Source of the DNA: Candidatus Hydrogenedentota bacterium
GTDB taxonomy: Bacteria > Hydrogenedentota > Hydrogenedentia > Hydrogenedentales > SLHB01
Length of the DNA: 64,000 nt
Assembly: GCA_963674865.2 (NCBI GenBank)
Contig: CAXXYE010000007.1
Location: 192,001 to 256,000 of the forward strand
Direction: 5' to 3'
The translations under genes and the position numbers were made by a program. The notes beneath the pieces were generated by a model. The model saw nothing but the letters and a program-made list of their open reading frames with translations. It had not been told where the DNA came from and made no database searches. Of this stretch, positions 37,395 to 47,910 are shown in pieces (position 1 is the first letter of the stretch; each line of letters begins with the position of its first letter).

Positions 37395-38210
37395 ATGAAT
37401 ATCAATGGTGTGGATTCCAACTCCGTTCACGAGACACTTCCGAGCGCCCACGCGCAAGGACGGAATAAGAGCCAGGGGGCTGAGGACGCAACCGCGAAGG
37501 GCAAGTCAGCGGCTATCCAGGACAGCGAAGGCAACGGCGCCAAAGTGAAGGGTGTCGTGCGCCTCCTTCAGGAGGGGCATTTCAAGGGCGTGGCGGACGT
37601 GCGCCTGCGCATCAACTTCTTCGACGAACTGACCGCTATCGCGCATGGCGACCTATCTGAGGCGCTCAATGCAAGTAGCCCCGACCTGTTGAGCGCCGTC
37701 GACGAAGCGCTTGACGGCCTGCTAAACTCCGGTGAACTCACTTCCGAGCAGGAAACCGGCGTCACCGAGGCGCGAGACGCCTTCGCGGCACAGGTGCAGC
37801 AGTTGATGGATGACTTCAACGCGGATGGGGGGGCCGACACCTCCACGCTGACGGGCGGCATACAGGAAGCATTCGACGCCTTTGCGGAAACGCTTTCCGC
37901 CCTCCTCGGCGGGACCTCCGCATCAGAAGAAACGACGGCAGTCGAAGAGGAAGTAGTCCTGGACACCGAAGGCGAGGCTTCCGAGCCTTCCGTCCTCGAG
38001 GCATTCGTCGAGGAGCTGCGGGCCACATTCGAAGCGGCCTTCGCGACGTTGACCGACCAACTCAGCGCGGCCAACCCGCTGCCCGAGCTTTCGCCTCCTT
38101 CAGGCAATGGCGTGGCCTACGAGAAGTTCCTGGCCATGTACAACGCCCTTATGAATCCCGGCGTCGACGCCTCAGAGATCTCCGAGAACGCCATCGACAC
38201 CATCGCGTAG
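37395..38210 (+). CDS. Hypothetical acidic helical protein
   Basis: GGAG RBS; motif-like segments GVVRLLQEGHFKGVADVRLRINF and PELSPPSGNGVAYEKFLAMY. Confidence 0.8.
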   Translation: MNINGVDSNSVHETLPSAHAQGRNKSQGAEDATAKGKSAAIQDSEGNGAKVKGVVRLLQEGHFKGVADVRLRINFFDELTAIAHGDLSEALNASSPDLLSAVDEALDGLLNSGELTSEQETGVTEARDAFAAQVQQLMDDFNADGGADTSTLTGGIQEAFDAFAETLSALLGGTSASEETTAVEEEVVLDTEGEASEPSVLEAFVEELRATFEAAFATLTDQLSAANPLPELSPPSGNGVAYEKFLAMYNALMNPGVDASEISENAIDTIA

Positions 38211-38268
38211 TATTCGCCGCGACAGATAGCCGCACGATCACCGGGGCCAATTGCGTGACGCCAAGTGT

Positions 38269-41200
38269 CTACCTGTCTTCCTCGCCGTCCATTGCTGACA
38301 CCTCCTCGATGAGTCTAGCGATCCGTCTGCGGGCGTCAAGGATGACGTCAGGATCCTCGGTAAAATGCACGTGGTCGGTAAGCACTTCGGGCGGGATGGC
38401 AAGTTCGGCGTCGACACGCGCCTGAAGCGGCTCGGACATAGCCTTGCCCGCCTCCCTGGCAAGCTCGCGAAGCAGGTAGAGATACTCGTAGTCCTCGATT
38501 CCGTCGCGCACATTCTCGAATCGCGTCGAGCCGAGGGGCGTGCCGTCGGGGCCGGGATACATGAGGTAGCCGCACCCGTTATGGCCGCGCTGGCTGTTCC
38601 AGGGAATCCAAGGGACCTCCGGCCAGCGCTTCTTGCCCTGAAGATTCAACTGCCAATACGTCGTGCCCCAGTAGAGAAAGCCTTCCGCGCCGTACTTCCA
38701 ACACTGCCAAAACATCAGGCGATGATCGGTAGCCGGAAAATCGATCATGATGCCGGGCCTGCTCCACACCGTATAGAACCACAAGCGCTCGCCCTTGGCC
38801 ATGCGCTGTTCGAGCACGTGAGGATCGAAGTTGCCGATGGTGGGACACCAGATGTCTATGGCGCCGAAAAGCGCCTGCTCAGGAGCGCTAGTCTGTAGTT
38901 GGGGCCATTCCGGGATTACGCTGCGCACCCAATGGCTCAACTCGACCACCTGCGGGATCTCATGCCGGCCCATCACGGCCACTTCATCGCGTGTGTAGAA
39001 GAGGGTGCGGTCGTCCCATCCCTTATCAATGAAGTCTGCGCGCGTCTTCTTCAACAGCCTCTCGAACGCGGGGCGGTCGGCCTCCGGCATTTCGTGCGAC
39101 AGCGGGATGAACAGCGTGTTCTGGCCGTTGGCCATGACGTACTCCCAGTCCTCCTGCGTGTCGCCTCCCTTGTAGGGATAGCCCATCAGCGGCCCCACGC
39201 GGTGGTCGAGGTGATAGTCGTAGAAACGCTTGCGAACGGCCCAGGGCGTGCGGCCCTCGTATTGGTAGAACCGTTGGATCTGGCCCTCGTTCATCCACAT
39301 CGTCGTCTTGAGGTGAGTTATCTCGTCGAGATGGAAATCCCACACGTGGACCTTCAGCGGAACATCGACAGAAGCCATCCCTTCCGCCGAGAAACGTACC
39401 GTTCCCTCATAATCGCCCGGCGGCGTGTCTTCATTCGCGTGTACGGTGATGTAGAAGGGCTGCGCGTCCTGGTTTTCAGGTACGTCGTACGGCTCGGCCG
39501 GAAATAGGATGTCGGGATAATCGCCCTGCTTCGCCACGCGGAAGCTATACATGGGCGGGCCGTTTCGGACGTAGCCGACACGGTGGACGGCGATGTCATC
39601 CGGCGAAATGGCTGCGCCGCCCGTGAGTTTCAGTTCGCTTGCAGTGACGGTTAGTTCTGGCAGGTCCTTCCACAGCGGCACCACAACCAGTTGGAGTCCT
39701 TCGCGTTCATTTCCGGCGAGTTCGATGGCGGCGGGCCGCAATGTGTGCTCGGCCGTCACGAATGGCTCATCCCGGAACACCTTGACAAGGGTGGTCTCCG
39801 GCACAACGGCGAAATCACACGCCTTGCCTTGGACCGCTGTTGCGTGCGCCGCACGCAGACGCGCCAGAACACGTTCAAGTTCGCGTAAGGCCGTATGTAC
39901 GCGCTCAAGGTCTTCTCGGCCTGCCTTTCCGGATGTGTCCGCGTGCTCCCTAGCGGCGCGAAGATCGGCATCCGCCCCTCCCTCCGCGGCGAGCACGGCC
40001 TCCTTGGCACGATCTCTCGCCTCCGAACTGGGCATTTTGCGCAGCAGACGGCGCGCTGTCTTGAGTTGTGACGCCAGTTCGTGAGTTTCCGGCGCGAACA
40101 ACTCGAGTTCATCTTCCGCGTCCAGCGCCGCAAGCGTTTCGCCGGTGCCCACGTCACGCAAACGCAGCGACAACCGGTATACTCCCGGCTCGGCCGCCGA
40201 AAACTCGAACTGTCCTGAGGCCTTCTCATACGGCAGGCGAGGCTGCGTGAGGTTCTCCGAGATCAGCCCCCCGTCGGGCCGCGTCAGTTCGGCCACGGCT
40301 TCGAGGTGCCGCGGGCGATGGCTTCCGTTAAAGAAGGTCAAAACGACGGCATTCTCGCCTGTCCGGAGGGGCGCAAACCGCTCGATCGCAATGGCAGCCG
40401 GCTGCACGTCAGGCGGCGTTGGAGCCGTCGCCGTGAAGGCTGCGCCGTTGATGTTTCCCGAGAGCTGCGCATCATGGTTGATGTTGGGCCATGGCAGCCG
40501 CTCCGGCGCATAGGCGCCGCCGACGGAGACGCAATACACATAGCCGTCCTTCCCCGTGAATACGACCTCGACCTGCCCATCGCCATCCACGTCGCCAAGC
40601 GCGGGCGTGGTTAATACGCCGACTTCCACGCCGAAGCTCCATTTTTCTTGGCCGTTCGCCGACAGGCAGATCAGGCGCTTTGAACGTGAACCGGCCAGCA
40701 CCTCGAGTTCGCCGTCGCCGTCCACATCCCCCACCGATGGCCCTTGGACGATCCCGCCGCCTACGTCCGCGGACCAGAGGGCTTTGCCGTCGCGCAGGCG
40801 GTATACGCTGCCCGGCCCGCCGAGGCCGCGTCCGTCGCCGCAAACGATGTCGCATCGGCCCGAGCCGTCGAAGTCGGCCAAGGCGAAACTGTTGGTTTGG
40901 TCGATGATGTGGTCGCCCTTCCAGCGCCATTCCTCCTCTCCGCTTGAGGCGTCGTAAACAACAACTTGGAAATCCTCGGTGGCGAAGACGGCTTCGAGGT
41001 GCCCGTCGCCATCCACATCGCCCACCGCCGGGCCCGAGCGGCGCTCCTTACGCGCGGTTGGTTCGTCGTGAACCCACAAGACTTCCCCTTCACTCGAGAA
41101 GCAGGCTGCCTTGCCCCCACCGAAAGCCACGTAGATTCGCATCGTATTGGATTGAGGATCGTAGGAGATGGCCGGAATGCCGCGTATGGCGCCGTCTTCC

Positions 41201-41745
41201 TGATGATGCCAGCGCTCTTGCCCGGTGTCGTCGAGGCAGTACAAGGTGCCGCTGTCCGAACCGACCACCAGTTCGATGCGGCCGTCGCCATCCATATCCG
41301 CCACGACGGGGCCGCTGTAATTGACCTGATCGCCCATGAAGACACGCCAGATCAACCGGCCGTTGGCGTCGAGGCAACCCACCACGCCGCTCCTGTCCGA
41401 GAAGAACACTTCCTTGCGGCCGTCGCCATCGTAATCGACAACGGAAGGCGGCGCGTGGATACCCTCGGGGATCGCCGATTCCAGGTGGTAGTCCCAGCGC
41501 ACTTCGCCGTTCCCATCGAGACAGATCACGCGCTGCGCCACCGTCGCGCACACGATGACCTCCACCGAGCCATCGCCGTCGAGGTCTGTCAGGATGGGGG
41601 GCGCATAGATACGCCCCGTGGCCTTGTACGACCATTCGAGACGCGGCTCAACGCCTGCGTAGGCCGCGGTCGCCAACGCCAATTCGGCTGCGAAGAACAG
41701 AAATATGGCGCCACAATGGCGTGTGCGGATGCTCTTCTTAGTCAT
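38269..41745 (-). CDS. Secreted FG-GAP/PQQ-type propeller + DUF4091/GH123-like glycoside hydrolase
   Basis: Many GDVDGDGxxE repeats; NEREGLQLV, YPDIL, RDE, GFLYW, YPGPDG.P..S.R.EN.RDGIEDYEY; start reset to ATG 41745 (signal peptide). Confidence 0.8.
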   Translation of the reverse strand: MTKKSIRTRHCGAIFLFFAAELALATAAYAGVEPRLEWSYKATGRIYAPPILTDLDGDGSVEVIVCATVAQRVICLDGNGEVRWDYHLESAIPEGIHAPPSVVDYDGDGRKEVFFSDRSGVVGCLDANGRLIWRVFMGDQVNYSGPVVADMDGDGRIELVVGSDSGTLYCLDDTGQERWHHQEDGAIRGIPAISYDPQSNTMRIYVAFGGGKAACFSSEGEVLWVHDEPTARKERRSGPAVGDVDGDGHLEAVFATEDFQVVVYDASSGEEEWRWKGDHIIDQTNSFALADFDGSGRCDIVCGDGRGLGGPGSVYRLRDGKALWSADVGGGIVQGPSVGDVDGDGELEVLAGSRSKRLICLSANGQEKWSFGVEVGVLTTPALGDVDGDGQVEVVFTGKDGYVYCVSVGGAYAPERLPWPNINHDAQLSGNINGAAFTATAPTPPDVQPAAIAIERFAPLRTGENAVVLTFFNGSHRPRHLEAVAELTRPDGGLISENLTQPRLPYEKASGQFEFSAAEPGVYRLSLRLRDVGTGETLAALDAEDELELFAPETHELASQLKTARRLLRKMPSSEARDRAKEAVLAAEGGADADLRAAREHADTSGKAGREDLERVHTALRELERVLARLRAAHATAVQGKACDFAVVPETTLVKVFRDEPFVTAEHTLRPAAIELAGNEREGLQLVVVPLWKDLPELTVTASELKLTGGAAISPDDIAVHRVGYVRNGPPMYSFRVAKQGDYPDILFPAEPYDVPENQDAQPFYITVHANEDTPPGDYEGTVRFSAEGMASVDVPLKVHVWDFHLDEITHLKTTMWMNEGQIQRFYQYEGRTPWAVRKRFYDYHLDHRVGPLMGYPYKGGDTQEDWEYVMANGQNTLFIPLSHEMPEADRPAFERLLKKTRADFIDKGWDDRTLFYTRDEVAVMGRHEIPQVVELSHWVRSVIPEWPQLQTSAPEQALFGAIDIWCPTIGNFDPHVLEQRMAKGERLWFYTVWSRPGIMIDFPATDHRLMFWQCWKYGAEGFLYWGTTYWQLNLQGKKRWPEVPWIPWNSQRGHNGCGYLMYPGPDGTPLGSTRFENVRDGIEDYEYLYLLRELAREAGKAMSEPLQARVDAELAIPPEVLTDHVHFTEDPDVILDARRRIARLIEEVSAMDGEEDR

Positions 41746-41885
41746 AGAGAAACGCCCCCTCCATACTTGCCAAGGACAAGACCTCATGCGCAATTCTTGC
41801 AGACATCCTGCGGCGAGTGCCAGTGCGGGGCGCCCCGAAGCGCGCGGATCGGACGTTGCCTTATCTGCATCTGGATGGCCCCATG

Positions 41886-42392
41886 TCACGCGGCGTCGTT
41901 TAAGATGTCTTTGGCGGCACGCAGCGCGGCTATGTCTTTTCTTGCCAGTAGGCATCCGCACAGGATCAGAGGAAGTAGCGGCAGAACGGCGGCGATTTCG
42001 TACGCTCGCGCCATGTCGACGAGCGTCCAGCGTAGTAGGGCGTGGAAGAAGGCGAGGAACAGTATCAGCCATAAGGATGCGCCCGCGATGACAAAGAGCG
42101 ATACGCGCCAGAGCACCTTGCCGAAATGGGAAGGCTCCTCGGCTCTGTTCCTAAGTTCGCGCTTGACGGCGCGATGGACCAGCACAAGGCACACGAAGAC
42201 ACTCGCAAGACCGAACAGGATGAAGGCCGAAACGGCAAACGGAGGACGCTCAACACCTGGGATGAAAAGAACCACCATGTTGAGGACGATCAAAGGCACA
42301 ACAAGGATGTATCCAAGAGGAATGCCAAGACGTGACGCGAGCAGGAGAGAGTCCTTTGAGGTTTTCCGGAGCACTAAATTCGCGCGATTCAT
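41886..42392 (-). CDS. Hypothetical membrane protein (about four TM helices)
   Basis: Hydrophobic helices; AT-richer codons; GGGAG upstream. Confidence 0.6.
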   Translation of the reverse strand: MNRANLVLRKTSKDSLLLASRLGIPLGYILVVPLIVLNMVVLFIPGVERPPFAVSAFILFGLASVFVCLVLVHRAVKRELRNRAEEPSHFGKVLWRVSLFVIAGASLWLILFLAFFHALLRWTLVDMARAYEIAAVLPLLPLILCGCLLARKDIAALRAAKDILNDAA

Positions 42393-42620
42393 GCTTCTAT
42401 CGCCCTATTTGCTCCCATCAAGTTGACGCGATACGAGTATAGCAGAGCATTGGGCGTTTGCGGCGAAGAGCCATTTGTGTGACCATAACGCCGGAGGGCG
42501 AGAGCCTCAAAGATTGTGAGCCGAAGAGGGAACTTCATGCGGATTCAATCGCGTCGATGGACTTCCTGGACGAGACACGTCCTGGTAGACAAAGCTGAAG
42601 CGCCGCGGCCGCGTTCGTGC

Positions 42621-45032
42621 ATGAACTGGACTCGCGTGATCGCCCCGCTTGCGTGTGTGTGCCTTTGCGCCGTTGCCCTTCCGCCGCCCGACGATTACTC
42701 CTTCATGTGGTGGGCCTACGGCTGGCGCGGCCGTTCGCCGGACAACCTCAAGATACTGAGCATACAAACCAGCCGCTACGGCCTTGCCCTCGATGTTGAG
42801 CGGCCCGCCATCACGCATTTAGGGACCATCTCGCGCCCGATGCCGTACGACCTGGCCGTCGCGCAGTCTAGCGACGTTATCTTCGAGCTTCCTGAGAGCA
42901 AGTTGTCGCTGTCTATAACTATCGGGGAGGATGCATACGTCTGCGTCAGCGCCGCGTCAGATCAATCCGACCGCGTCAATTTCCCCGTGCGCATCATCGA
43001 GAGCGGACGCTTCATGCAGCGTGCCGACATGCTGCAACTTGTCTTCGAGAACGCCGCGGGCGACCGCCTCGAGGCGGAGGGCAGGCTTGAGGTCGCCGCA
43101 TGGCCGGACATGTTGAGCCTGCTCATGGATATTATTCCGAGAGACAATCTGGATAGCGTGTCCCTCAGGATCGACCTCCACGCCTGCGGAGAGCATTACC
43201 GCGCACAAACGGAACGCGAAGATCTCGTGGCCGGGCACGGGAGTTCCGTTGCCCTCTCGTGGATTCCCGACGGCCACGAGCAATCCCCACGTGAAAAACT
43301 CGACGTGACTGTTGCCAAGATCGACGGCGAGCCCGTCCCTGTCCGCTACGACGCGCGCCGCGGCCTGTATGACATCGATCTTCCCGAGGCCACGTGGTCT
43401 GTCCCGGAGGAGCCCGACCGCTTGGATCGCTACGCGCTCTCACTCACCAACACTACCGACGCCCCGGCCGTGTTCCGGCTGCTCTTTTGCCTTGATGGCT
43501 CCATCCCGGGCCTCATCGGCCTGTCACCCATGCTACGCGACGTCGACGGCGCCCCGACGGGCATCCCCGTGCAAATCTCGAAGAACTGGCATCGCCAAGC
43601 GGGCCGCACCTTTCTTTACCAAGGCCCGTGGTTTCACGGATTCACCATGGTGCCCGTCGAGGCCGGCGCGACCTGGCGCGGCGAATTCGCCATGGCCTAC
43701 GCCCGCTGGGGCGGCGTGCCCGCGGCGTCCCATGCGCAACTATGCCTCATCGGATGGGGAACGAATCAGCTTTGGGATCAAGCCGCCATCGGCTCCTGGG
43801 GCGAATCCATTTGCTACGACCCGGATGTGAATCTCGGACGCTCCATGATCGACGATATCCGTCCGTTGATGGTGACGAACATGCGAACCGATGACGGCAA
43901 GTGGGGCTGGACCGCCAACGTCGGCGGCGGGGACTTCCTCGTCTACATCGACGATGTGGGGGAGAGGCAGTACCTTTCCCGTGTCCGAACCGGTTATCGG
44001 CAGTACGGGCCTAACCTGACAAAGGTGACCTACGCCGGAGTCAGCGCCGACGGCAAGATCGCCGCTCGGATTGACGTCTCCTCCCCCCGATGCGACGACC
44101 TGAACCGCGCGTACCATCGCATTCGGTATGACGTTCTCAAGCCGACGCCGTTTACTCGCTTGGCGTTCTATCAACTCGGCGCCGACGGCTACAACGACCA
44201 CCAGTTCGATCTCATGGCCCGCGGAAACGCCGAAGCGGGATTGCTCGAAGAATGGCAACCAGAGCGGGGCGGTCTGCGTTACCATCGCGCCGGCATGCTG
44301 TGTGACGGGCCCGTGCCCTGGTTCTCGCTCCACGGAGGGCGGCGCAATGAAGCCCACCCGCGCGGCGCATGGGCCAACCGCGGCTTGATCATCCGCTCCT
44401 GGCGCGCCCGGCTGGGGGGACGTGACGTGCCCTCGCCCTTCGCATCCAGCTACGGCACCGAGAACGGCGTGCCCAGCGCGAATGTCGAGCTGTCCCCGCC
44501 GCCGGGCTGTACCGAACTAGAGGCCGGCGATTTCGTGGAGGCGGAGTTGGAACTCGTGGTGATCCCTCTCAACGCGGGGGACTACTACGGCCCCAACGAG
44601 AACCTGCGTGCCCACCTAGCCGAGCACGCAAACACATGGTGTCCCGTATGGCGTCAGGCCCGCGGCAACGATCTCCGCGTGTCCGCCGCACGGGGCACGC
44701 TCAAACAGCACTATCCCGTTGTCGTTGAGGTGGACAACACCGGCGCAGCGGATGTAGAGGTGCTTGGCGGCATAGGCTACGTGCCGTTCACGTTCGCAGG
44801 CGTTCGCGACCCCAAGCATCCCGCCCTATGGGAGATCCGCGACGGCCGGAAGATGGTGATTGATCAGTCCGTCCACGGCCGCGATTTCTGGCAGGCCGAC
44901 TACGACCCGGTGGGTGGCGCCTGGGCCATCACCTACAACATCTCCCTCGACACCCCCGATGATCGCCCGAAAACACGCCGTTTCATTTTCCAGGCGGCGG
45001 AAAGATCGACCCCAGACTCGGCGTCGCCCTAG
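42621..45032 (+). CDS. Large secreted hypothetical protein
   Basis: About 800 aa; signal-like MNWTRVIAPLACVCLCAVA; Trp/Gly/Tyr-rich; start uncertain (ORF opens at 42516). Confidence 0.75.
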   Translation: MNWTRVIAPLACVCLCAVALPPPDDYSFMWWAYGWRGRSPDNLKILSIQTSRYGLALDVERPAITHLGTISRPMPYDLAVAQSSDVIFELPESKLSLSITIGEDAYVCVSAASDQSDRVNFPVRIIESGRFMQRADMLQLVFENAAGDRLEAEGRLEVAAWPDMLSLLMDIIPRDNLDSVSLRIDLHACGEHYRAQTEREDLVAGHGSSVALSWIPDGHEQSPREKLDVTVAKIDGEPVPVRYDARRGLYDIDLPEATWSVPEEPDRLDRYALSLTNTTDAPAVFRLLFCLDGSIPGLIGLSPMLRDVDGAPTGIPVQISKNWHRQAGRTFLYQGPWFHGFTMVPVEAGATWRGEFAMAYARWGGVPAASHAQLCLIGWGTNQLWDQAAIGSWGESICYDPDVNLGRSMIDDIRPLMVTNMRTDDGKWGWTANVGGGDFLVYIDDVGERQYLSRVRTGYRQYGPNLTKVTYAGVSADGKIAARIDVSSPRCDDLNRAYHRIRYDVLKPTPFTRLAFYQLGADGYNDHQFDLMARGNAEAGLLEEWQPERGGLRYHRAGMLCDGPVPWFSLHGGRRNEAHPRGAWANRGLIIRSWRARLGGRDVPSPFASSYGTENGVPSANVELSPPPGCTELEAGDFVEAELELVVIPLNAGDYYGPNENLRAHLAEHANTWCPVWRQARGNDLRVSAARGTLKQHYPVVVEVDNTGAADVEVLGGIGYVPFTFAGVRDPKHPALWEIRDGRKMVIDQSVHGRDFWQADYDPVGGAWAITYNISLDTPDDRPKTRRFIFQAAERSTPDSASP

Positions 45033-45057
45033 CCTTCTGTGTGTCGCGCCCGCCCGC

Positions 45058-46035
45058 CTACACGTCCCCGAAGATCTTGTCGTAGAACGCGACGTAGTTG
45101 TCCTTGTCGGGGCTATTGCAGAAGGCGATGGCCTCGCGTGGATGCTGGTTGAGCTGGCCGGTGATGATGTACGGCACGAGCGGCCCCCATTCCATCGTCT
45201 CACGCAGTTTGATGAATTGATCTTGCAGCAGTTGATAGATGGGGCGGCGCTTGAACTTCGGATTACGCAGGAAGCCGATCAACAACTCCATGGGGCAGTT
45301 CCCGGCCCCGCGGCCGAGTCCGGCCATCGTCCCGTCCACGCGGCTCGCGCCGAGAATGATGGCCTCAATCGTGTTGGCGAAGGCCAGTTGCTGGTTGTTG
45401 TGCGCGTGAATTCCCACTTCCTTGCCCGTGTCCTTCACGGCTTCGAGGTACTTCTCCACAAGGATGGCGATTTGCTCCCGATAAAGCGCCCCAAAACTGT
45501 CCACCACAACGATGGTGCCCACTGGCGTCGCCGCGATGGTCTCAAGCGCCTGCGCCACGTCGGGTTCCTGGGCGGTGGAAACGGCCATGATATTGCACGA
45601 GGTCTCATAGCCCTTCTCATGCGCGTCGTGGATCATCTCCACGGCTTCCGGGATCTGTTCGACGTAGCACGCCACGCGGATGAGGTCCACCACGCTCTGA
45701 TCGCTCGGCAAGATCTCGGTGCTCCAATCGCTCTTGCCTGCGTCGGCCATCAACGCCAGTTTCAAGCCGGTGGCTTCCGCGTCGTGATCTCCCGTTACCT
45801 TGCGGATATCTTCCTCATCGCTATGGCGGAACGCACCGAAATCCTTCTTCGGAAACAGGCGCTTCGAGTTCCTGTAGCCGATTTCCATGTAATCCAGGCC
45901 CGCCTCGATGCAGGTGTGGTAGACGGCTTTGACGAAGTCGGTGTCGAAATGATGGTTGTTGATCAAACCGCCGTCGCGGATGGTGCAATCAAGCACCTTC
46001 AGTTCGGGCCGGTAAGTTACCCACGGTGCCTTCAT
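45058..46035 (-). CDS. DRE-TIM metallolyase (4-hydroxy-2-oxovalerate aldolase-like)
   Basis: LDCTIRDGG, VDSFG, GIHAHNNQQLAFAN, GLGRGAGNC. Confidence 0.85.
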   Translation of the reverse strand: MKAPWVTYRPELKVLDCTIRDGGLINNHHFDTDFVKAVYHTCIEAGLDYMEIGYRNSKRLFPKKDFGAFRHSDEEDIRKVTGDHDAEATGLKLALMADAGKSDWSTEILPSDQSVVDLIRVACYVEQIPEAVEMIHDAHEKGYETSCNIMAVSTAQEPDVAQALETIAATPVGTIVVVDSFGALYREQIAILVEKYLEAVKDTGKEVGIHAHNNQQLAFANTIEAIILGASRVDGTMAGLGRGAGNCPMELLIGFLRNPKFKRRPIYQLLQDQFIKLRETMEWGPLVPYIITGQLNQHPREAIAFCNSPDKDNYVAFYDKIFGDV

Positions 46036-46258
46036 CGAAATGCTCCTCCTATACTCGGACTGACTGCTCGAAAGCGGACGATTCTGTGCGGGCAGGACGC
46101 CATGCCCTGTCTGTAATCAGCCTGTCCTTGGCCCGCAGACCTCAACACATCTCGGCGCAGTCCGCGTAGTGTACACATTCACCGCCGTTCAGCCAAACGC
46201 GCGCTGCTGGCATGCACCGGTTCGGTGGGGAGCTCATATTGCCCGGTGGGCGTGCGCC

Positions 46259-47020
46259 TCAACTCGCGTGTTCCACCTGTTCGATGAACGCCGTATAGGC
46301 TTCGGCGATTTCCTTCGGCTTGATGATGGGCAGGCCCGAGTGGAAAGCGCCCGCGATCCAATGCAGCGTGATATTGCCGCGATCCGGGATCTTCAGCGCC
46401 TCCCGGGACGCCGGCGCGCGGCCGCGGTCCCCGTAGATCTCGAGTACAGGTATCTCGGTTTCGCAAAGGAACGCGTATCCATCCCACTGCCGCCAGATGC
46501 GGGCGAACGCCTTGATCTGCTCCTCCGTCCATCGCGTGTCCACTGTTGCGCGCGCTTCGAGGTATTTGGCCTCCTGCTCCGGCGTCCGCTCGTTCTTCGA
46601 CGGCCCGTGAAACGCGTCCTTCTCCGCATGGTAATTCGTCCAGCCCTCGCAGCAGAGAATACCTCTGACGCGCTCACCGGCTACACGCCCGACCTCCAAC
46701 GCGATCATACCGCCGATGCTGTGCCCGCCGATATAGAATCGCTCGATGCCGAGGTGGTCGAGCACCTTCAAGGAGTCGGCGCCAAACTGCTCGATAGAAC
46801 CGTTCACCGGCGGCGGCCAGCTCGCCCCGTGTCCGCGCAACTCGATGAGCACAAGCGACAAATCCTTGTCGAGCAGCGGCACGACGAAGTCCCATTGCGC
46901 CGCACTGCTGAAGCTCCCCGGAATGAGCACGACGGCCGGGCCCGACCCGGCCCGGAACAGATAGGATAGATGCCCTTCCTCGATGTCTACGCTCCCACGC
47001 GCAAAACCTTCCATATTCAA
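46259..47020 (-). CDS. Alpha/beta hydrolase
   Basis: ELRGHG, GHSIGG nucleophile elbow, C-terminal His. Confidence 0.85.
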   Translation of the reverse strand: MNMEGFARGSVDIEEGHLSYLFRAGSGPAVVLIPGSFSSAAQWDFVVPLLDKDLSLVLIELRGHGASWPPPVNGSIEQFGADSLKVLDHLGIERFYIGGHSIGGMIALEVGRVAGERVRGILCCEGWTNYHAEKDAFHGPSKNERTPEQEAKYLEARATVDTRWTEEQIKAFARIWRQWDGYAFLCETEIPVLEIYGDRGRAPASREALKIPDRGNITLHWIAGAFHSGLPIIKPKEIAEAYTAFIEQVEHAS

Positions 47021-47079
47021 GAATCTCCCAGCGAAACGCCTTTGTCAACGAAACACGCGACGGCCCGCGATGCGGTACG

Positions 47080-47853
47080 TCACGCACTCTTTGGAAGCTC
47101 GTCCAGCAACGCCGTCAACGTCCGGGCGTCGCGAACCAGATTATCAGGTTTCCCATCCGCCACAAACTCGAGCAGCGCGTAGCGCTCGCCGCCGCATCGC
47201 GCCGCATGCGCCAGATAGCCTTGCCACTCCGATAGCCCCTTCGCCAAGGCCAGCTGCTTCCCGCCCTCTTCGAAGAACACGTGCAGATTGCTCAACCATG
47301 GACACATCGTCTCAAGGCTCGCCATCCGCTCCTCAGGCGACAGCGAAAGGTCCATCTGCCAGTAACTTGTCATGGACGGATGATTCACCATTTCGAGCAG
47401 CTTCCGCGCCGTTTCCGGCGTATCCGTCAGCGTGTTCCGGTGGTACTCGAAGGCCAATCTGAGGCTGGCCGCCCCGGCCATATCCGCGATGGAGCGGCTC
47501 GCGTCCACGACGGTGTCCCACCAAGCCGAGTCCGCCTTCGCCGAAGCTCGCTCTCCCGCCCAGACGCGGATAAGCGGCGCGCCAAGCCCAAGGGCCGTCT
47601 CGATCACACCCTCAAACTGCCCATACGGCTCGGACTCATTTCCTACCCGATAATACGATCCGTAGGACGAGACCGCCAGTCCGGCCGCCTGCGTCATCTC
47701 GGCGACCTCACGCGCCAACCGGCTCTTGCCGGGCGGCACATGCACGTCGCCGCCCCATTCAATTGCTTCGAGCCCGCCTTTCTTGGCGATTTCAATGATT
47801 GCCTTCGGATCCAGTTTGCGAAATGTAACCGACACCATGCCCGAATGTATCAT
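47080..47853 (-). CDS. Sugar phosphate isomerase/epimerase (xylose isomerase-like TIM barrel)
   Basis: SVTFR, IEWGGDVHVP, SYGSYY, IRVWAG, FEYH..TLTD, LLEFV. Confidence 0.85.
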   Translation of the reverse strand: MIHSGMVSVTFRKLDPKAIIEIAKKGGLEAIEWGGDVHVPPGKSRLAREVAEMTQAAGLAVSSYGSYYRVGNESEPYGQFEGVIETALGLGAPLIRVWAGERASAKADSAWWDTVVDASRSIADMAGAASLRLAFEYHRNTLTDTPETARKLLEMVNHPSMTSYWQMDLSLSPEERMASLETMCPWLSNLHVFFEEGGKQLALAKGLSEWQGYLAHAARCGGERYALLEFVADGKPDNLVRDARTLTALLDELPKSA

Positions 47854-47910
47854 CTGCGCAGCCCTCCCTGCCGAGAGGCCGGTAAGTCTCTGGAATACCA
47901 GCCCCGTCCT

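Noticed and set aside
41746..42072. N-terminal extensions in the ORF track (also for 6864, 7166, 14251, 19548, 21798, 26905 and 58050)
   Set aside because: Low-complexity Arg-rich translations, some overlapping other genes; downstream starts have an RBS, a signal peptide or match the family N-terminus
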